Virus record (IMG/VR): IMGVR_UViG_3300025872_000037
Location: 1-64,000 of that record
Direction: 5' to 3' (one strand)
DNA length: 64,000 bases
From: a virus
A program made the position numbers and the translations under genes. Positions 19,359-29,057 of this stretch are shown one piece after another; position 1 is the first letter of the stretch; each line of letters begins with the position of its first letter. Below the pieces are notes generated by a model that was not told the origin of the DNA, made no database searches, and saw only the letters and a program-made list of their open reading frames with translations.

Positions 19359-21077
19359 ATGGCAATTACATTTCGTCATATTAAGTGGAAGAACTTCCTC
19401 TCCACGGGGGATGACTTTACCGAGATAAACCTGGACAACCGTTCGTCCACTCTAGTGGTCGGACCAAACGGGGCAGGTAAGTCCACGATGCTTGATGCTC
19501 TCTCGTTCGCTCTCTTCGGAAAGCCACATCGAGACATCAACAAGCCACAGCTCGTGAACTCGATCAATGGAAAGAACTGTGAAGTCGAGGTTGCGTTTAC
19601 TGTAGGAAAAACAGAGTTTCTAGTTCGACGTGGAATCAAACCCAGCATCTTTGAGATCTGGCAGAATGGGAAGATGGTGAACCAGGAATCGCATGCGATG
19701 GACTACCAGAAGGTTCTGGAGCAGAATATACTCAAGCTCAACCACAAGTCCTTCCATCAGATCGTGGTTCTCGGATCCTCGTCCTTCATCCCGTTCATGC
19801 AGCTTCCGGCTCAGCACCGGCGAGAAGTGATCGAGGATCTGCTGGACATCAATGTGTTCACGAAGATGAACACGATCCTCAAAGAGAAGTCTGCACAGCT
19901 TCGGGACAAGCTAGGAGCAACTGCTCATGAGGCCGATGTCAATGACCGTACGATCTCGATGCAACACAAGTTCATCGATGAGATCAAACATCGCAATGCC
20001 GATAACGTCAAGAAGAATCTGAAGAAGATTGAGGAACACACTCAAATCGTTCAGCAACTTCAGGCCAAAAACGAAGAGCTTCAGGCAGAGGCCGATCGAG
20101 TTCCAAACGACATACGTTCTTCGCTGAAGAAGACCGAGGAAAAGAGACAGGCCCTGCTGTCCTATCAGGCCCAGATCAAGTCGAACATGCAGAGGGTGGT
20201 TAAGGATGCAAAGTTCTACGAAAACCACGATAACTGCCCCACATGCTCGCAGATGCTTGTTCCTACATTTAAAGCCGAGAAGCTTCATGCCTGCAAAGAA
20301 TCTGCCAGAGAATTGACCGATGGTCAGGCAAAACTCGCAGAAGAACTGAAGAAGGTCGAAGATTCTCTTGGAGAGATCTCTACCACGATGAACCGTCTGG
20401 ACGAAATCCAACAGCTCATTCGGACTAACCGTTCTCAGATTCAACTTCATACCAAATACATCTCAGAGTTCCAGCAGGAAAATGCAGAGATGAAAGACGC
20501 CAGCCTCGAGGAGGCCGAGAAGAAACTCGAGGAACTCCTGGACCTGAAGGAAAATCTGTCCACGCAGAAATCAATCTACTACGAGCAAGGCGCCTACAAC
20601 CAAGCAATGTCCGAGATGCTGAAGGATACCGGCATCAAGACGAAGATCATTCGCCAGTACTTGCCGGTGATGAACAAGCTCATCAACCAGTACCTGCAGA
20701 CTCTCGACTTCTTTGTCTCGTTCAACCTGGACGAAGCGTTCGAGGAGACGATCAAGTCTCGCTACCGCGATGACTTCTCGTATCCATCTTTCTCTGAGGG
20801 AGAGAAGCAGCGAATCGACCTTGCTCTTCTTTTCACGTGGCGTCAGATTGCCAAGATGAAGAACTCGGTGAGCACGAACCTGCTGGTTCTAGACGAGACC
20901 TTTGATTCCTCGATGGATGCCGATGGTGTGGAGAACCTCATGAAGATCCTGAAGACCCTAGATGCCGGTACCTCAGTCTTCATCATCTCTCACAAGACCG
21001 ATGCTCTGGACAGCAAGTTCCCGAACAAAATCGAGTTTGAGAAGGTCAAAAACTTCTCGCAGATCAAACAAAAATAA
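19359..21077 (+). CDS. gp46: Recombination endonuclease subunit gp46 (Rad50-like)
   Basis: GPNGAGKS, CPTC zinc hook, FSEGEKQRIDLA and LDETFD. Confidence 0.96.
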   Translation: MAITFRHIKWKNFLSTGDDFTEINLDNRSSTLVVGPNGAGKSTMLDALSFALFGKPHRDINKPQLVNSINGKNCEVEVAFTVGKTEFLVRRGIKPSIFEIWQNGKMVNQESHAMDYQKVLEQNILKLNHKSFHQIVVLGSSSFIPFMQLPAQHRREVIEDLLDINVFTKMNTILKEKSAQLRDKLGATAHEADVNDRTISMQHKFIDEIKHRNADNVKKNLKKIEEHTQIVQQLQAKNEELQAEADRVPNDIRSSLKKTEEKRQALLSYQAQIKSNMQRVVKDAKFYENHDNCPTCSQMLVPTFKAEKLHACKESARELTDGQAKLAEELKKVEDSLGEISTTMNRLDEIQQLIRTNRSQIQLHTKYISEFQQENAEMKDASLEEAEKKLEELLDLKENLSTQKSIYYEQGAYNQAMSEMLKDTGIKTKIIRQYLPVMNKLINQYLQTLDFFVSFNLDEAFEETIKSRYRDDFSYPSFSEGEKQRIDLALLFTWRQIAKMKNSVSTNLLVLDETFDSSMDADGVENLMKILKTLDAGTSVFIISHKTDALDSKFPNKIEFEKVKNFSQIKQK

Positions 21078-21081
21078 GGTT

Positions 21082-21163
21082 TAAGTTGTTGATGGTGAAG
21101 AGTTTGCAAACAAAAGCAAACTGAGTTATTTACACCAGCACCGGTCGTGCTAGGATTCTGTCA
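21082..21163 (+). promoter_or_regulatory. Early promoter (ATTTAC-N17-TAGGAT, leaderless) with upstream inverted IHF-like box
   Basis: ATTTAC 21128-33, TGcTAGGAT 21148-56, ATG 6 nt later. TAAGTTGTTGAT at 21082-93 is the reverse complement of the ATCAACAACTTA repeat. Confidence 0.65.
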
Positions 21164-23406
21164 TGATGAATTCCACTGCACAGGGCACGCTGGCCCGACT
21201 GCTCTCGAAGGAGAACATCACGATCCAGCACGGCAACTTTCAGACCGCCTTCTTTGACGTGGAGTCCCGCACCCTTGGCCTCCCCATCTGGCAGAACAAG
21301 GGCAAAGACGTCTACGATCTGCTCGTCGGCCACGAGGTTGGCCACGCTCTGTTCACCCCCACCGACTTCCACAAGGATATGCGGGGTGCTCGGCAGGATT
21401 ACATCAATCTCGTCGAGGATGTTCGCATCGAGCGGATGATCCAAAACCAGTATCCTGGCCTGATCTCCTGCTTCGCTCGAGGCTATGCTGACCTTGCTGC
21501 CGCCGACTTCTTTGGCATCAACAAGACCGGTACTGGCAAGCTCAATCTTCCTGACCGCCTCAACATCAAATTCAAGCTTCGGAATCTGATCGACATTTAC
21601 TTTAGCCCCGACGAGCTCAAGATCAAAGCGCAGATCGAAGCTGCTCAGACGTGGGATGAGGTCGTTCAGGCCGCCCTCGATCTCGAGAAGTTCGTCAAAG
21701 AGGCTGCCGCTAAACAGCAGGAGCCACAGATTCCTCAGCCCCCGCAGCCCCAGTCTCAGGATGGCCGCGAGGAGAGCGAAGGCGAACAGTCTAGCCAGCA
21801 GGAGCAGAGCTCGGATTCCTCCAAGGATACCGCAGAGACCTCCGCGGAGGATGACTCGGACGATTCTTCGTCTGATGACAAGAAGGGCGACTCGATGCAG
21901 AATGATTCTGACGAGAAAGGCGAGCAGACGTCTGAGAAGCCTGATCCTCAGGACGCAAGTGGCGCCAAGGACACGGCCGAGAAAACCGAGCAGGAAGGTA
22001 CTTCTAGCAGCACGGACAAGCCTACCGACTTCGCCAATCCGGATACGAATCTGGATGTCTCAACTCAGCGCAGCTTCGATCTCAACGCTGAGAAGCTTCT
22101 GGACAAATCGAAGGAGACCCTTCAGACCTGCTTCGCCAAGGCCCCGACGCGCGCCGAGTGCATGGAGAACATCATGCCCTACGATGAGCTTAAGACTCGC
22201 CGTATGCGGAGCGTTTATTTCTCCGAGTCTTTTAACAACCCCGTGGCCCGCGAGAGGTTCAACGACTTCCTCAAGGCCAATCGGAAGGTCATCGGTATGA
22301 TGGTCAAGGAGTTTGACCTCCGTAAGTCTGCCCATCAGTATTCTCGAGCCACGACGTCCAAGACTGGTTCGCTCGACCTCAATCGCCTGCATGCCTATCG
22401 TACGAGCGATGATGTGTTCCTCAGCGTCACCAAGCTGGCCAACGCCAAGAATCATGGAATGGTGATGTTCGTGGACTACTCTGGCTCGATGGCTCGGGTG
22501 CTTCCCTCTGTCCTGAAGCACCTCATCAACATGGCTCTCTTCTGCCGTCAGGCCGGTATCCCCTTCAAGGTGTATGGATTCACGAGTGACATTTCGCAGC
22601 GAAACAAGTCGGTCGAGTACGCTACGGTCATCGGTGGCGGTACGGATAAAGTCCTCGTTTCCAATACGATTCTCCTCGATCTGGTCAACTCTGATCTTAG
22701 CAAGACGGAGTTCAATGATGCCATCTATAGCATGTGGCTCCGCGCGCAGAACGATTCCTGCAAGTCTGGTGTCGAGACACTTGGCAGTACTCCTCTCAAC
22801 GAGACGATCGTGATCGCTCACGATATCATCAAGGATTTCCGTGCTCAGCACAACTTTGACAAGGTCACCGCGATCTTCCTGACCGACGGTGCCGGTAATC
22901 CTCTCCGCGTCGGTCTATCCAATGTGAGGTTTGACAACCGAGTCGGTTCTCCTAGTGTTCTTGGCTATCAGCTCTATGCCAAGACCTCGTTCAAGATCCA
23001 CGGTCGAGTCCTCACTGCGGACCATGGTAATATGACCGAAAAGCTGCTCGAGAACCTTAAGATCACGACCGGCTGTGATACGATGGGCTTCTTTATCCCT
23101 GCCGGCCGCTGGGTGCTCAACAACACGATCGCTGCAGCCATCCGCCGTATGAAGAACTGGAACACGCTGATGCCGAAGTACGAGCAGTCCTACAAGGAAG
23201 ATGGTTTCCTCTCTCTTCCTGGTGCCTATGGCTACGACAGCTTCTTCATCGTGGGATCTGGCAATGACCTCGACATCGAGGACGAGGAGCTAGAGATCAC
23301 GCCTGACATGACGCGCAGCAAGATCGCTCGCCAGTTCAAGAATTTCTCTGCCTCTAAGAAGGGCAATCGCATCTTCGTGACGAAGTTCTCAGAGGCTGTT
23401 GCCTAA
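21163..23406 (+). CDS. CobT-like protein: HExxH peptidase-like N-terminus, acidic linker, VWA domain
   Basis: HEVGH, NLVEDVRIE, and MIDAS elements DYSGSM, GSTPL, LTDG. Confidence 0.85.
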   Translation: MMNSTAQGTLARLLSKENITIQHGNFQTAFFDVESRTLGLPIWQNKGKDVYDLLVGHEVGHALFTPTDFHKDMRGARQDYINLVEDVRIERMIQNQYPGLISCFARGYADLAAADFFGINKTGTGKLNLPDRLNIKFKLRNLIDIYFSPDELKIKAQIEAAQTWDEVVQAALDLEKFVKEAAAKQQEPQIPQPPQPQSQDGREESEGEQSSQQEQSSDSSKDTAETSAEDDSDDSSSDDKKGDSMQNDSDEKGEQTSEKPDPQDASGAKDTAEKTEQEGTSSSTDKPTDFANPDTNLDVSTQRSFDLNAEKLLDKSKETLQTCFAKAPTRAECMENIMPYDELKTRRMRSVYFSESFNNPVARERFNDFLKANRKVIGMMVKEFDLRKSAHQYSRATTSKTGSLDLNRLHAYRTSDDVFLSVTKLANAKNHGMVMFVDYSGSMARVLPSVLKHLINMALFCRQAGIPFKVYGFTSDISQRNKSVEYATVIGGGTDKVLVSNTILLDLVNSDLSKTEFNDAIYSMWLRAQNDSCKSGVETLGSTPLNETIVIAHDIIKDFRAQHNFDKVTAIFLTDGAGNPLRVGLSNVRFDNRVGSPSVLGYQLYAKTSFKIHGRVLTADHGNMTEKLLENLKITTGCDTMGFFIPAGRWVLNNTIAAAIRRMKNWNTLMPKYEQSYKEDGFLSLPGAYGYDSFFIVGSGNDLDIEDEELEITPDMTRSKIARQFKNFSASKKGNRIFVTKFSEAVA

Positions 23407-23503
23407 GTGGTTAGAACACCAACAACTTATACCGCAACAAATCTGTGTACGAGAGCCGCGAAATAGTGTAGAATGTCTGCGTAGTTTGATTTCTTCTTAG
23501 ATC

Positions 23504-24679
23504 ATGAAAGACACATCCCTCAAGATTATCTCGGTCCTGTCCGAGAAGTACCCTGACCAAGTTCAGTTCCGCCGTAAGCAGATCGATGACGTAGCCGTAG
23601 AGCTCGGCTTCGGTTTCAAGGGTGCAGCCGAACTCATCGGCGACGAGTTCAAGGTTTCTCGTGGCCTTTACGACCTCACTCGAGTCATCAAGAAGTCCAC
23701 GGAGCCGCTTCCTCAAAAGCCGGTCGCTGCAACTCCTGTCATGAAGCTTTCGGCTGCGATCTCCTCGACAATCAACGAGGACTCGTACGTCCCTTCGCAG
23801 GACGAGACCTACGTACCATGGGGTGCCTACTCTGACGTGGCCCAGATCATCAAGGCCAAAACTTTCTATCCGATCTATATCGCTGGCCTCTCTGGCAATG
23901 GCAAGACCATGATGGTCGAACAAGCCTGTGCCTCTCTCGGCCGCGAGTACATCCGAGTCCAAATTTCCCCGGAGACAGACGAAGACGACCTCATCGGTGG
24001 TTTCCGACTTCTCAATGGCGATACGGTGTTTGCCAAAGGTCCGGTCATCAAGGCCATGGAACGAGGCGCCATCTTACTCGTCGATGAGATCGATCGAGCG
24101 ACCAACAAAATCATGTGCTTGCAGGGTGTTCTTGAGGGCAAGCCTGTTTTGATTAAGAAGACCGGTGAAGTGATTCATCCGTCTCCGGGGTTCAATGTTA
24201 TCGCGACGGCCAACACAAAGGGCAAGGGCTCTGACGATGGCCGATTTGTGGCAGCCACCATTATCGACGAGGCGTTCCTCGAGCGGTTTGTGGCCACCAT
24301 CGAGCAGCCTTACGCCGCATTCGCCACGGAGAAGAAGATTGTCCTCCGCCACATGGAGAAGTACGGCCGCCGTGACGAGGACTTCGCTGAGAAGCTCTGC
24401 ACGTGGGCAGAGGTCATTCGCAAGACCTTTGCCGATGATGGCGTTGACGAGGTCATCTCGACCCGACGTCTCTGCCACATCGCCCATTCCTACAAGATCT
24501 TCGAGGATCGCCTCAAGGCTGTTCAGATGTGCATCAGTCGCTTCGATCTCGATACCAAAACTGCGTTCTTGGATCTTTACACGAAGATCGATCCGATGGT
24601 TCAGCCGGTTCGCGAACCGTCAGTAACTCCGGCTGATGCTCCGGTTACCGCGGAGGCAGCAAACGCAGCCTCCTTCTAA
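23504..24679 (+). CDS. CobS-like MoxR-type AAA+ ATPase
   Basis: GLSGNGKT, LLVDEID, ATANTKGKG, AFLERF and ISTRRL. Confidence 0.9.
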   Translation: MKDTSLKIISVLSEKYPDQVQFRRKQIDDVAVELGFGFKGAAELIGDEFKVSRGLYDLTRVIKKSTEPLPQKPVAATPVMKLSAAISSTINEDSYVPSQDETYVPWGAYSDVAQIIKAKTFYPIYIAGLSGNGKTMMVEQACASLGREYIRVQISPETDEDDLIGGFRLLNGDTVFAKGPVIKAMERGAILLVDEIDRATNKIMCLQGVLEGKPVLIKKTGEVIHPSPGFNVIATANTKGKGSDDGRFVAATIIDEAFLERFVATIEQPYAAFATEKKIVLRHMEKYGRRDEDFAEKLCTWAEVIRKTFADDGVDEVISTRRLCHIAHSYKIFEDRLKAVQMCISRFDLDTKTAFLDLYTKIDPMVQPVREPSVTPADAPVTAEAANAASF

Positions 24680-24790
24680 TTCCCAGCAAATCCTGTTTAC
24701 AAAAACAGGAAACAGTTTAGGATCGTTGCATGGTGAGTGATCCGCACCATGCAACTTAAAACAAAGATGGATCATTGAAAACATAATACC

Positions 24791-25030
24791 ATGGCTAAGA
24801 CCAACACAAACCAGAAGACGCGTATGATCAAGTTCCTTGCTAACGGCAAGGAGTTCACCATCACTGAGCTCGAGCGCCGCCTCGCGATTGCCAATCCTTC
24901 GGCAGTCGTTGCGCAGCTCCGTGACGAGGGTCACGTCATCTGGACCAACCGTCATAAGGACAAGAAGACCGGTCGCCGTATCTTCAAGTACCGCTATGAC
25001 ACCGCTCGTAGCGCTCAGAACCTCCGCTAA
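24791..25030 (+). CDS. Small basic winged-helix DNA-binding protein
   Basis: FTITELERRLAIANPSAVVAQLRDEGHVI...YRY pattern. Upstream promoter GTTTAC(24695)-N17-TAGGAT. Confidence 0.6.
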   Translation: MAKTNTNQKTRMIKFLANGKEFTITELERRLAIANPSAVVAQLRDEGHVIWTNRHKDKKTGRRIFKYRYDTARSAQNLR

Positions 25031-25045
25031 GTTCTAGGCTACAAC

Positions 25046-25077
25046 ATTGGCTGTAGGGCAAAAATCCTACAGCCAAT
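25046..25077 (+). terminator. Stem-loop between the wHTH gene and gp45
   Basis: ATTGGCTGTAGG...CCTACAGCCAAT perfect 12-bp stem; weak U-tract. Confidence 0.5.
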
Positions 25078-25092
25078 CCACTTTTATCCATC

Positions 25093-25764
25093 ATGGTACT
25101 CTCACAAAACACAATCGAGATCCTCAAAAACTTCGCGGCCATCAACCCAAATCTGCTGTTCAAGCAGGGATCCATCGTGGATACGGTCTCGGACGCAAAG
25201 ACCATGATGGGATCTGCAAAAATCGCAGAGGTGATGCCACAAGAATTTGGCATCTACGATCTGAACGAGTTCCTATCTATCCTCACGCTAGTTGATCAAC
25301 CTCAGCTTGAGTTCGGAAAGACATCGGTCACAATTCGTGATGGCAACACATCCATCGAATACCGGTATGCAGCCCTCGACACCCTCACGGTACCTACGAG
25401 GAGAGTGTCTATGCCAGCGCCTGAGGTAGTTCTAAATCTGACGTCAGATTCTATGAATCGCCTGAAGAAGGCGGCATCTGTGTTAGGCCACAGCTCGATC
25501 CAACTCGAGGGCAAAAATGGTAGGATTTCAGCGAACATTGTCAATCCGAAGGACAAGAGTTCGAATAAATACACGATTGTGGTGGACGAGAAGAATGCTT
25601 GCACCAAGGTCTTCTCGCTCATCATACCCATCAGCCACCTAAAAATGATGACGGGTGATTACGTGGTCTCGTTCAGTTCTAAATTGATCAGCCACTTCAA
25701 GAACACCAGTATTCCAGTTGAATACTGGATCGCTCTTGAAAAAGAGTCGACGTTCGGTTCCTAA
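25093..25764 (+). CDS. gp45: Sliding clamp gp45
   Basis: LSQNTIEILKNFAAIN, FGIYDLNEFL and YWIALE. Confidence 0.95.
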   Translation: MVLSQNTIEILKNFAAINPNLLFKQGSIVDTVSDAKTMMGSAKIAEVMPQEFGIYDLNEFLSILTLVDQPQLEFGKTSVTIRDGNTSIEYRYAALDTLTVPTRRVSMPAPEVVLNLTSDSMNRLKKAASVLGHSSIQLEGKNGRISANIVNPKDKSSNKYTIVVDEKNACTKVFSLIIPISHLKMMTGDYVVSFSSKLISHFKNTSIPVEYWIALEKESTFGS

Positions 25765-25794
25765 GAAGTCGAACAAACCTAGGTACAACACAAC

Positions 25795-26079
25795 ATGGAA
25801 AACCAAGCAGATACAACCAACGCTACCGCTCCTGAAGCGGGTCAAACCAACACACCTCCGCAGCTCGGTCTTAACGATCTGGCCGCAGTGGTTCAAATGA
25901 TCGACGTATGCTCCAAACGCGGAGCATTCGAGGGTCCTGAGCTCTCCGCAATCGGCACGCTCCGTACTCGTTTCGTCGAGTTCCTGAAGGCTAATACCCC
26001 GAAGGATCAGCAGGGTGGAGCAGCCGCTCCAGCCGGCGGTGTTGAAACCGTTCCAGGCGCCGCTCTTCCACAGAGCTAA
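25795..26079 (+). CDS. Conserved hypothetical protein
   Basis: L..NDL....Q.ID.CS.RGAF.G.EL..IG pattern typical of T4-like marine phages. Confidence 0.6.
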   Translation: MENQADTTNATAPEAGQTNTPPQLGLNDLAAVVQMIDVCSKRGAFEGPELSAIGTLRTRFVEFLKANTPKDQQGGAAAPAGGVETVPGAALPQS

Positions 26080-26105
26080 CGGATAGCAAATCCGATCGGA
26101 CTTTT

Positions 26106-26140
26106 GGCGCGTAGTCTGTAAAGAACGCGCCTTCTTTTTT
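26106..26140 (+). terminator. Intrinsic terminator
   Basis: GGCGCGT...ACGCGCC followed by TTCTTTTTT. Confidence 0.6.
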
Positions 26141-26154
26141 GACCAATTTTTATC

Positions 26155-26409
26155 ATGAGCAACATCCCTACATCTATTGAAGATCGCGCAGCGATCCGTA
26201 AAGCCCTCGACCAGATCTCTGAGGAGTATACCAACATCGAGACGTCTCGTTCTCAGATCAAGGAGATCCTGAACGCACTCGAGGACAAGTACAAGACTCC
26301 GAAGAAGACCATGTCCAAGGTAGCGAAGCTCTACCACAAACAGAGCGTCTCCGAGTTCGAATCCGAAGCATCAGAAATCAAGGCGATTTACAAGACCATC
26401 GTTTCGTGA
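26155..26409 (+). CDS. dsbA: dsDNA-binding protein, T4 DsbA-like
   Basis: 84-aa helical protein with IKEI....EDKY..PKK..SKVAKLYHKQ. Confidence 0.7.
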   Translation: MSNIPTSIEDRAAIRKALDQISEEYTNIETSRSQIKEILNALEDKYKTPKKTMSKVAKLYHKQSVSEFESEASEIKAIYKTIVS

Positions 26410-26422
26410 TTTGATTGTCCCC

Positions 26423-27379
26423 ATGAAGGAAGCAGACTCGAATCGTGAACATCTGTGGGTCGAGAAGTATCGGCCCACAACCATTTCTGACTGTGTTCTG
26501 CCTGAACATCTGAAGAAAACGTTTCAGGGAGTAGTTGACTCCGGTGAGTTGCACAACATGCTTCTCACTGGAACTGCAGGTCTTGGCAAAACCACAGTGG
26601 CTCGTGCGCTGTGCAACGAGCTGAATCTGGACTACATCCTGATCAACGGATCTGAAGAATCAGGAATCGACACGCTCAGAAACAAGATCAAGCAGTTTGC
26701 TTCCTCAGTTTCTCTCACGAGTGACAACCACAAGGTAGTTATCCTTGACGAGGCAGACTACCTGAATCCTCAGTCGACTCAACCAGCCCTTCGTGGATTC
26801 ATCGAGGAGTTCTCAAACAATTGCAGGTTCATCCTGACATGCAACTTCAAGAATCGGATCATTGAACCCCTGCACTCTCGCTGTGCCGTTATTGAGTTCA
26901 ATACCAGCAAAAAGCAGCTTGTTGACGTTGCAGCAAAGTTCTACAAGAGGCTGATTCACATTCTGAAGACCGAGAAGGTCGAGTTTGACGATAAGGTCCT
27001 GATCGAGCTCGTCATGAAGCACGCGCCAGACTGGCGTCGTATCATCAACGAGTGTCAGCGTTACAGCTCTTCAGGGAAGATCGATACCGGTCTTCTCTCG
27101 AACCTTAGTGACGTTAACATCTCGATCCTCATGAAATCCCTGAAGGAAAAGGACTTCAAGTCCATGCGTGCCTGGGTATCGAACAACATCGACACTGAAC
27201 CTGCTGCAATCTTCCGAAAAGTATTTGACAACATGGTCGAGTATGCGAAGCCTCAGTCAGTTCCTCAGGTTGTTCTCATTCTGGCAGAATACCAGTACAA
27301 GGATGCCTTCGTGGCAGATCATGAGCTCAACATGGTTGCATGCATGACCGAACTGATGGCATCGATCGAATGGAAATGA
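26423..27379 (+). CDS. gp44: Clamp loader large subunit gp44
   Basis: LWVEKYRP, GTAGLGKTT, ILDEADYL and PLHSRC. Confidence 0.96.
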   Translation: MKEADSNREHLWVEKYRPTTISDCVLPEHLKKTFQGVVDSGELHNMLLTGTAGLGKTTVARALCNELNLDYILINGSEESGIDTLRNKIKQFASSVSLTSDNHKVVILDEADYLNPQSTQPALRGFIEEFSNNCRFILTCNFKNRIIEPLHSRCAVIEFNTSKKQLVDVAAKFYKRLIHILKTEKVEFDDKVLIELVMKHAPDWRRIINECQRYSSSGKIDTGLLSNLSDVNISILMKSLKEKDFKSMRAWVSNNIDTEPAAIFRKVFDNMVEYAKPQSVPQVVLILAEYQYKDAFVADHELNMVACMTELMASIEWK

Positions 27380-27600
27380 ACTGGCCAAACACGCTCCCTC
27401 ACAAAGCCTTTGGATCCATGGTTTGCGTCATGGCGCCAGCAGATCGTAAACTCACTGTAGGAAAGCGCTATGCCATACTTGATATGGATCCCGTGGCTCT
27501 CGGCCCAGGCGAATCGCGCTTTGATTACTACGTCCAGGATGACAACGAACTTTATGTTTGGGTTCAGCCTGAATGCTTCGCGGACTTCATTTCCAGGTGA
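27376..27600 (+). CDS. Small hypothetical protein inserted between gp44 and gp62
   Basis: ATGA overlap with the gp44 stop and GTGA overlap with the gp62 start; LTVGKRY...YYVQDD beta-rich pattern. Confidence 0.6.
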   Translation: MNWPNTLPHKAFGSMVCVMAPADRKLTVGKRYAILDMDPVALGPGESRFDYYVQDDNELYVWVQPECFADFISR

Positions 27601-27992
27601 ACTTCTTCGACTATCTCAATAGCATCAACCATTCGAAGGAAAATCTGATGGTTGACTCTGTATCCGAGAACGCCTACAATAGCTTCATGGTGAACCGTGG
27701 GCTATCGTATTTCTCGGATACGGTCCTATTGGCAAATGAGATGAATCGGCTGCATCATGCAGATAAGCCTCTCCAGTATTCGTTTTTGATAAATACGGTG
27801 AGAAAGAATAAACGCTTCAGCAAATGGATTAAACCCCAGGAAACTGAAGACCTCATGATTGTCAAAGAATACTATGGCTACAGTAATGAAAAGGCTAGGT
27901 CTGCTTTGTCGATCCTGAGTGCAGCACAAATAAGCGAACTCAAATCTAAAATCGACAAAGGTGGAAAATCAGGAAATAAAGCCTCAGGCTAG
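27597..27992 (+). CDS. gp62: Clamp loader small subunit gp62
   Basis: FDYLNSIN, YNSFMVNRGLSYF.DT and KEYYGYSNEKA; GTG start. Confidence 0.92.
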   Translation: MNFFDYLNSINHSKENLMVDSVSENAYNSFMVNRGLSYFSDTVLLANEMNRLHHADKPLQYSFLINTVRKNKRFSKWIKPQETEDLMIVKEYYGYSNEKARSALSILSAAQISELKSKIDKGGKSGNKASG

Positions 27993-28416
27993 CACTCAGA
28001 TCGACGAAACTCCGGTCGAGTGGACTCCTGCAATGATGCTTGAGGTCACGCTGAGTCAGCCTGATGACTTCCTGAAAATCCGAGAGACGCTGACCAGAAT
28101 CGGTGTCGCCTCCAGAAAAGAGACAAACAAGCTTTACCAGTCTTGCCACATCCTGCACAAGCAGGGCCGTTATTTCATAGTTCACTTCAAGGAATTGTTC
28201 TTGCTGGATGGTAAGCCTTCAAATCTGAACGTGAACGATGTTCAGAGGCGAAACACAATTGCCACTCTTCTTTCAGACTGGGGACTGGCTTCCATCGTGA
28301 ATACCGAACAGTGCCGGGAAAAAGCACCGTTACGCCAGATTAAGATCATTCCTCACAAAGAGAAGAATCAGTGGGAACTGCTGCCGAAGTATTCTATCGG
28401 CAACACGAAATCCTGA
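27961..28416 (+). CDS. regA: Translational repressor RegA
   Basis: DDFLKIRETLTRIGVAS and LYQSCHILHKQGRYFIVHFKELF. Confidence 0.96.
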   Translation: MENQEIKPQASTQIDETPVEWTPAMMLEVTLSQPDDFLKIRETLTRIGVASRKETNKLYQSCHILHKQGRYFIVHFKELFLLDGKPSNLNVNDVQRRNTIATLLSDWGLASIVNTEQCREKAPLRQIKIIPHKEKNQWELLPKYSIGNTKS

Positions 28417-28425
28417 TAAATAAAT

Positions 28426-28515
28426 TTGCCGGCAATACCGTCGGCAACCATCGGTGCCCTTTTGGGGCCGGTGGAAGTTAGTTAACCTTGCTATCATTAG
28501 GAGGAAAGTCAGATG
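28426..28515 (+). promoter_or_regulatory. ROSE-like RNA thermometer in the hsp20 5' UTR
   Basis: Three consecutive hairpins. The last, CCUUGCUA-UCAU-UAGGAGG, pairs UUGCU with the SD and leaves a bulged G. Confidence 0.7.
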
Positions 28516-28971
28516 ACAACGTATACTACCAATAATGCGTCATTCACATTCCCACGTTCAAACTTCGTGGGATTCGAACGTCTGTTCGATGAGTTGTCCC
28601 GTAATACGGTGAACAACACGAACAACTACCCGCCGCACAACATTGTTCAGATCGACGAGGATAATTTCCTCATCGAGATTGCGGTTGCGGGGTTCAAGCA
28701 TGAGAATCTGGATATCCAATTGAAGGATTCGATTCTCACTGTCACCGGAAAGAAGGAGGATACTCGTACGTATTCTCACAAGGGAATCTCTTCCCGTGAG
28801 TTCGTGCGTACCTTCACTCTGGGTGAACACGTTCAGGTGAACGGAGCAGATCTCGAGGATGGCATTCTGGCCATCAAGCTCGAGCGCGTGATTCCAGAGG
28901 AAGAGCGCCCGCGAAAGATCGAGATTGGAGCAGAGACAAAGAAAACAAAGAAGTCATTCCTGAAAGATTGA
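28513..28971 (+). CDS. Small heat shock protein (Hsp20/IbpA-like)
   Basis: NYPPHNI, IEIAVAGF, HKGISSREF.RTFTL and DGILAIKLE..IPEE.RPRKIEI. Confidence 0.95.
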   Translation: MTTYTTNNASFTFPRSNFVGFERLFDELSRNTVNNTNNYPPHNIVQIDEDNFLIEIAVAGFKHENLDIQLKDSILTVTGKKEDTRTYSHKGISSREFVRTFTLGEHVQVNGADLEDGILAIKLERVIPEEERPRKIEIGAETKKTKKSFLKD

Positions 28972-28992
28972 CATTGATTCATTGAGAATGAC

Positions 28993-29021
28993 ACGGCGGC
29001 TGGAAACGGCCGCCGTTTTTT
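28993..29021 (+). terminator. Intrinsic terminator after hsp20
   Basis: ACGGCGGC-TGGAAACG-GCCGCCGT-TTTTT. Confidence 0.85.
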
Positions 29022-29057
29022 GTTTACTTTTGTACCGGTCGTGTTAGGGTATTGAGT

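Noticed and set aside
21163-24679. Cobalamin-biosynthesis auxiliary genes cobT/cobS
   Set aside because: No cobN or other cob genes are present; the motifs only support a generic MoxR AAA+/VWA pair.
24730-24759. 9-codon leaderless uORF at the predicted start site upstream of the wHTH gene
   Set aside because: Too short to evaluate; there is no supporting feature beyond ATG position.
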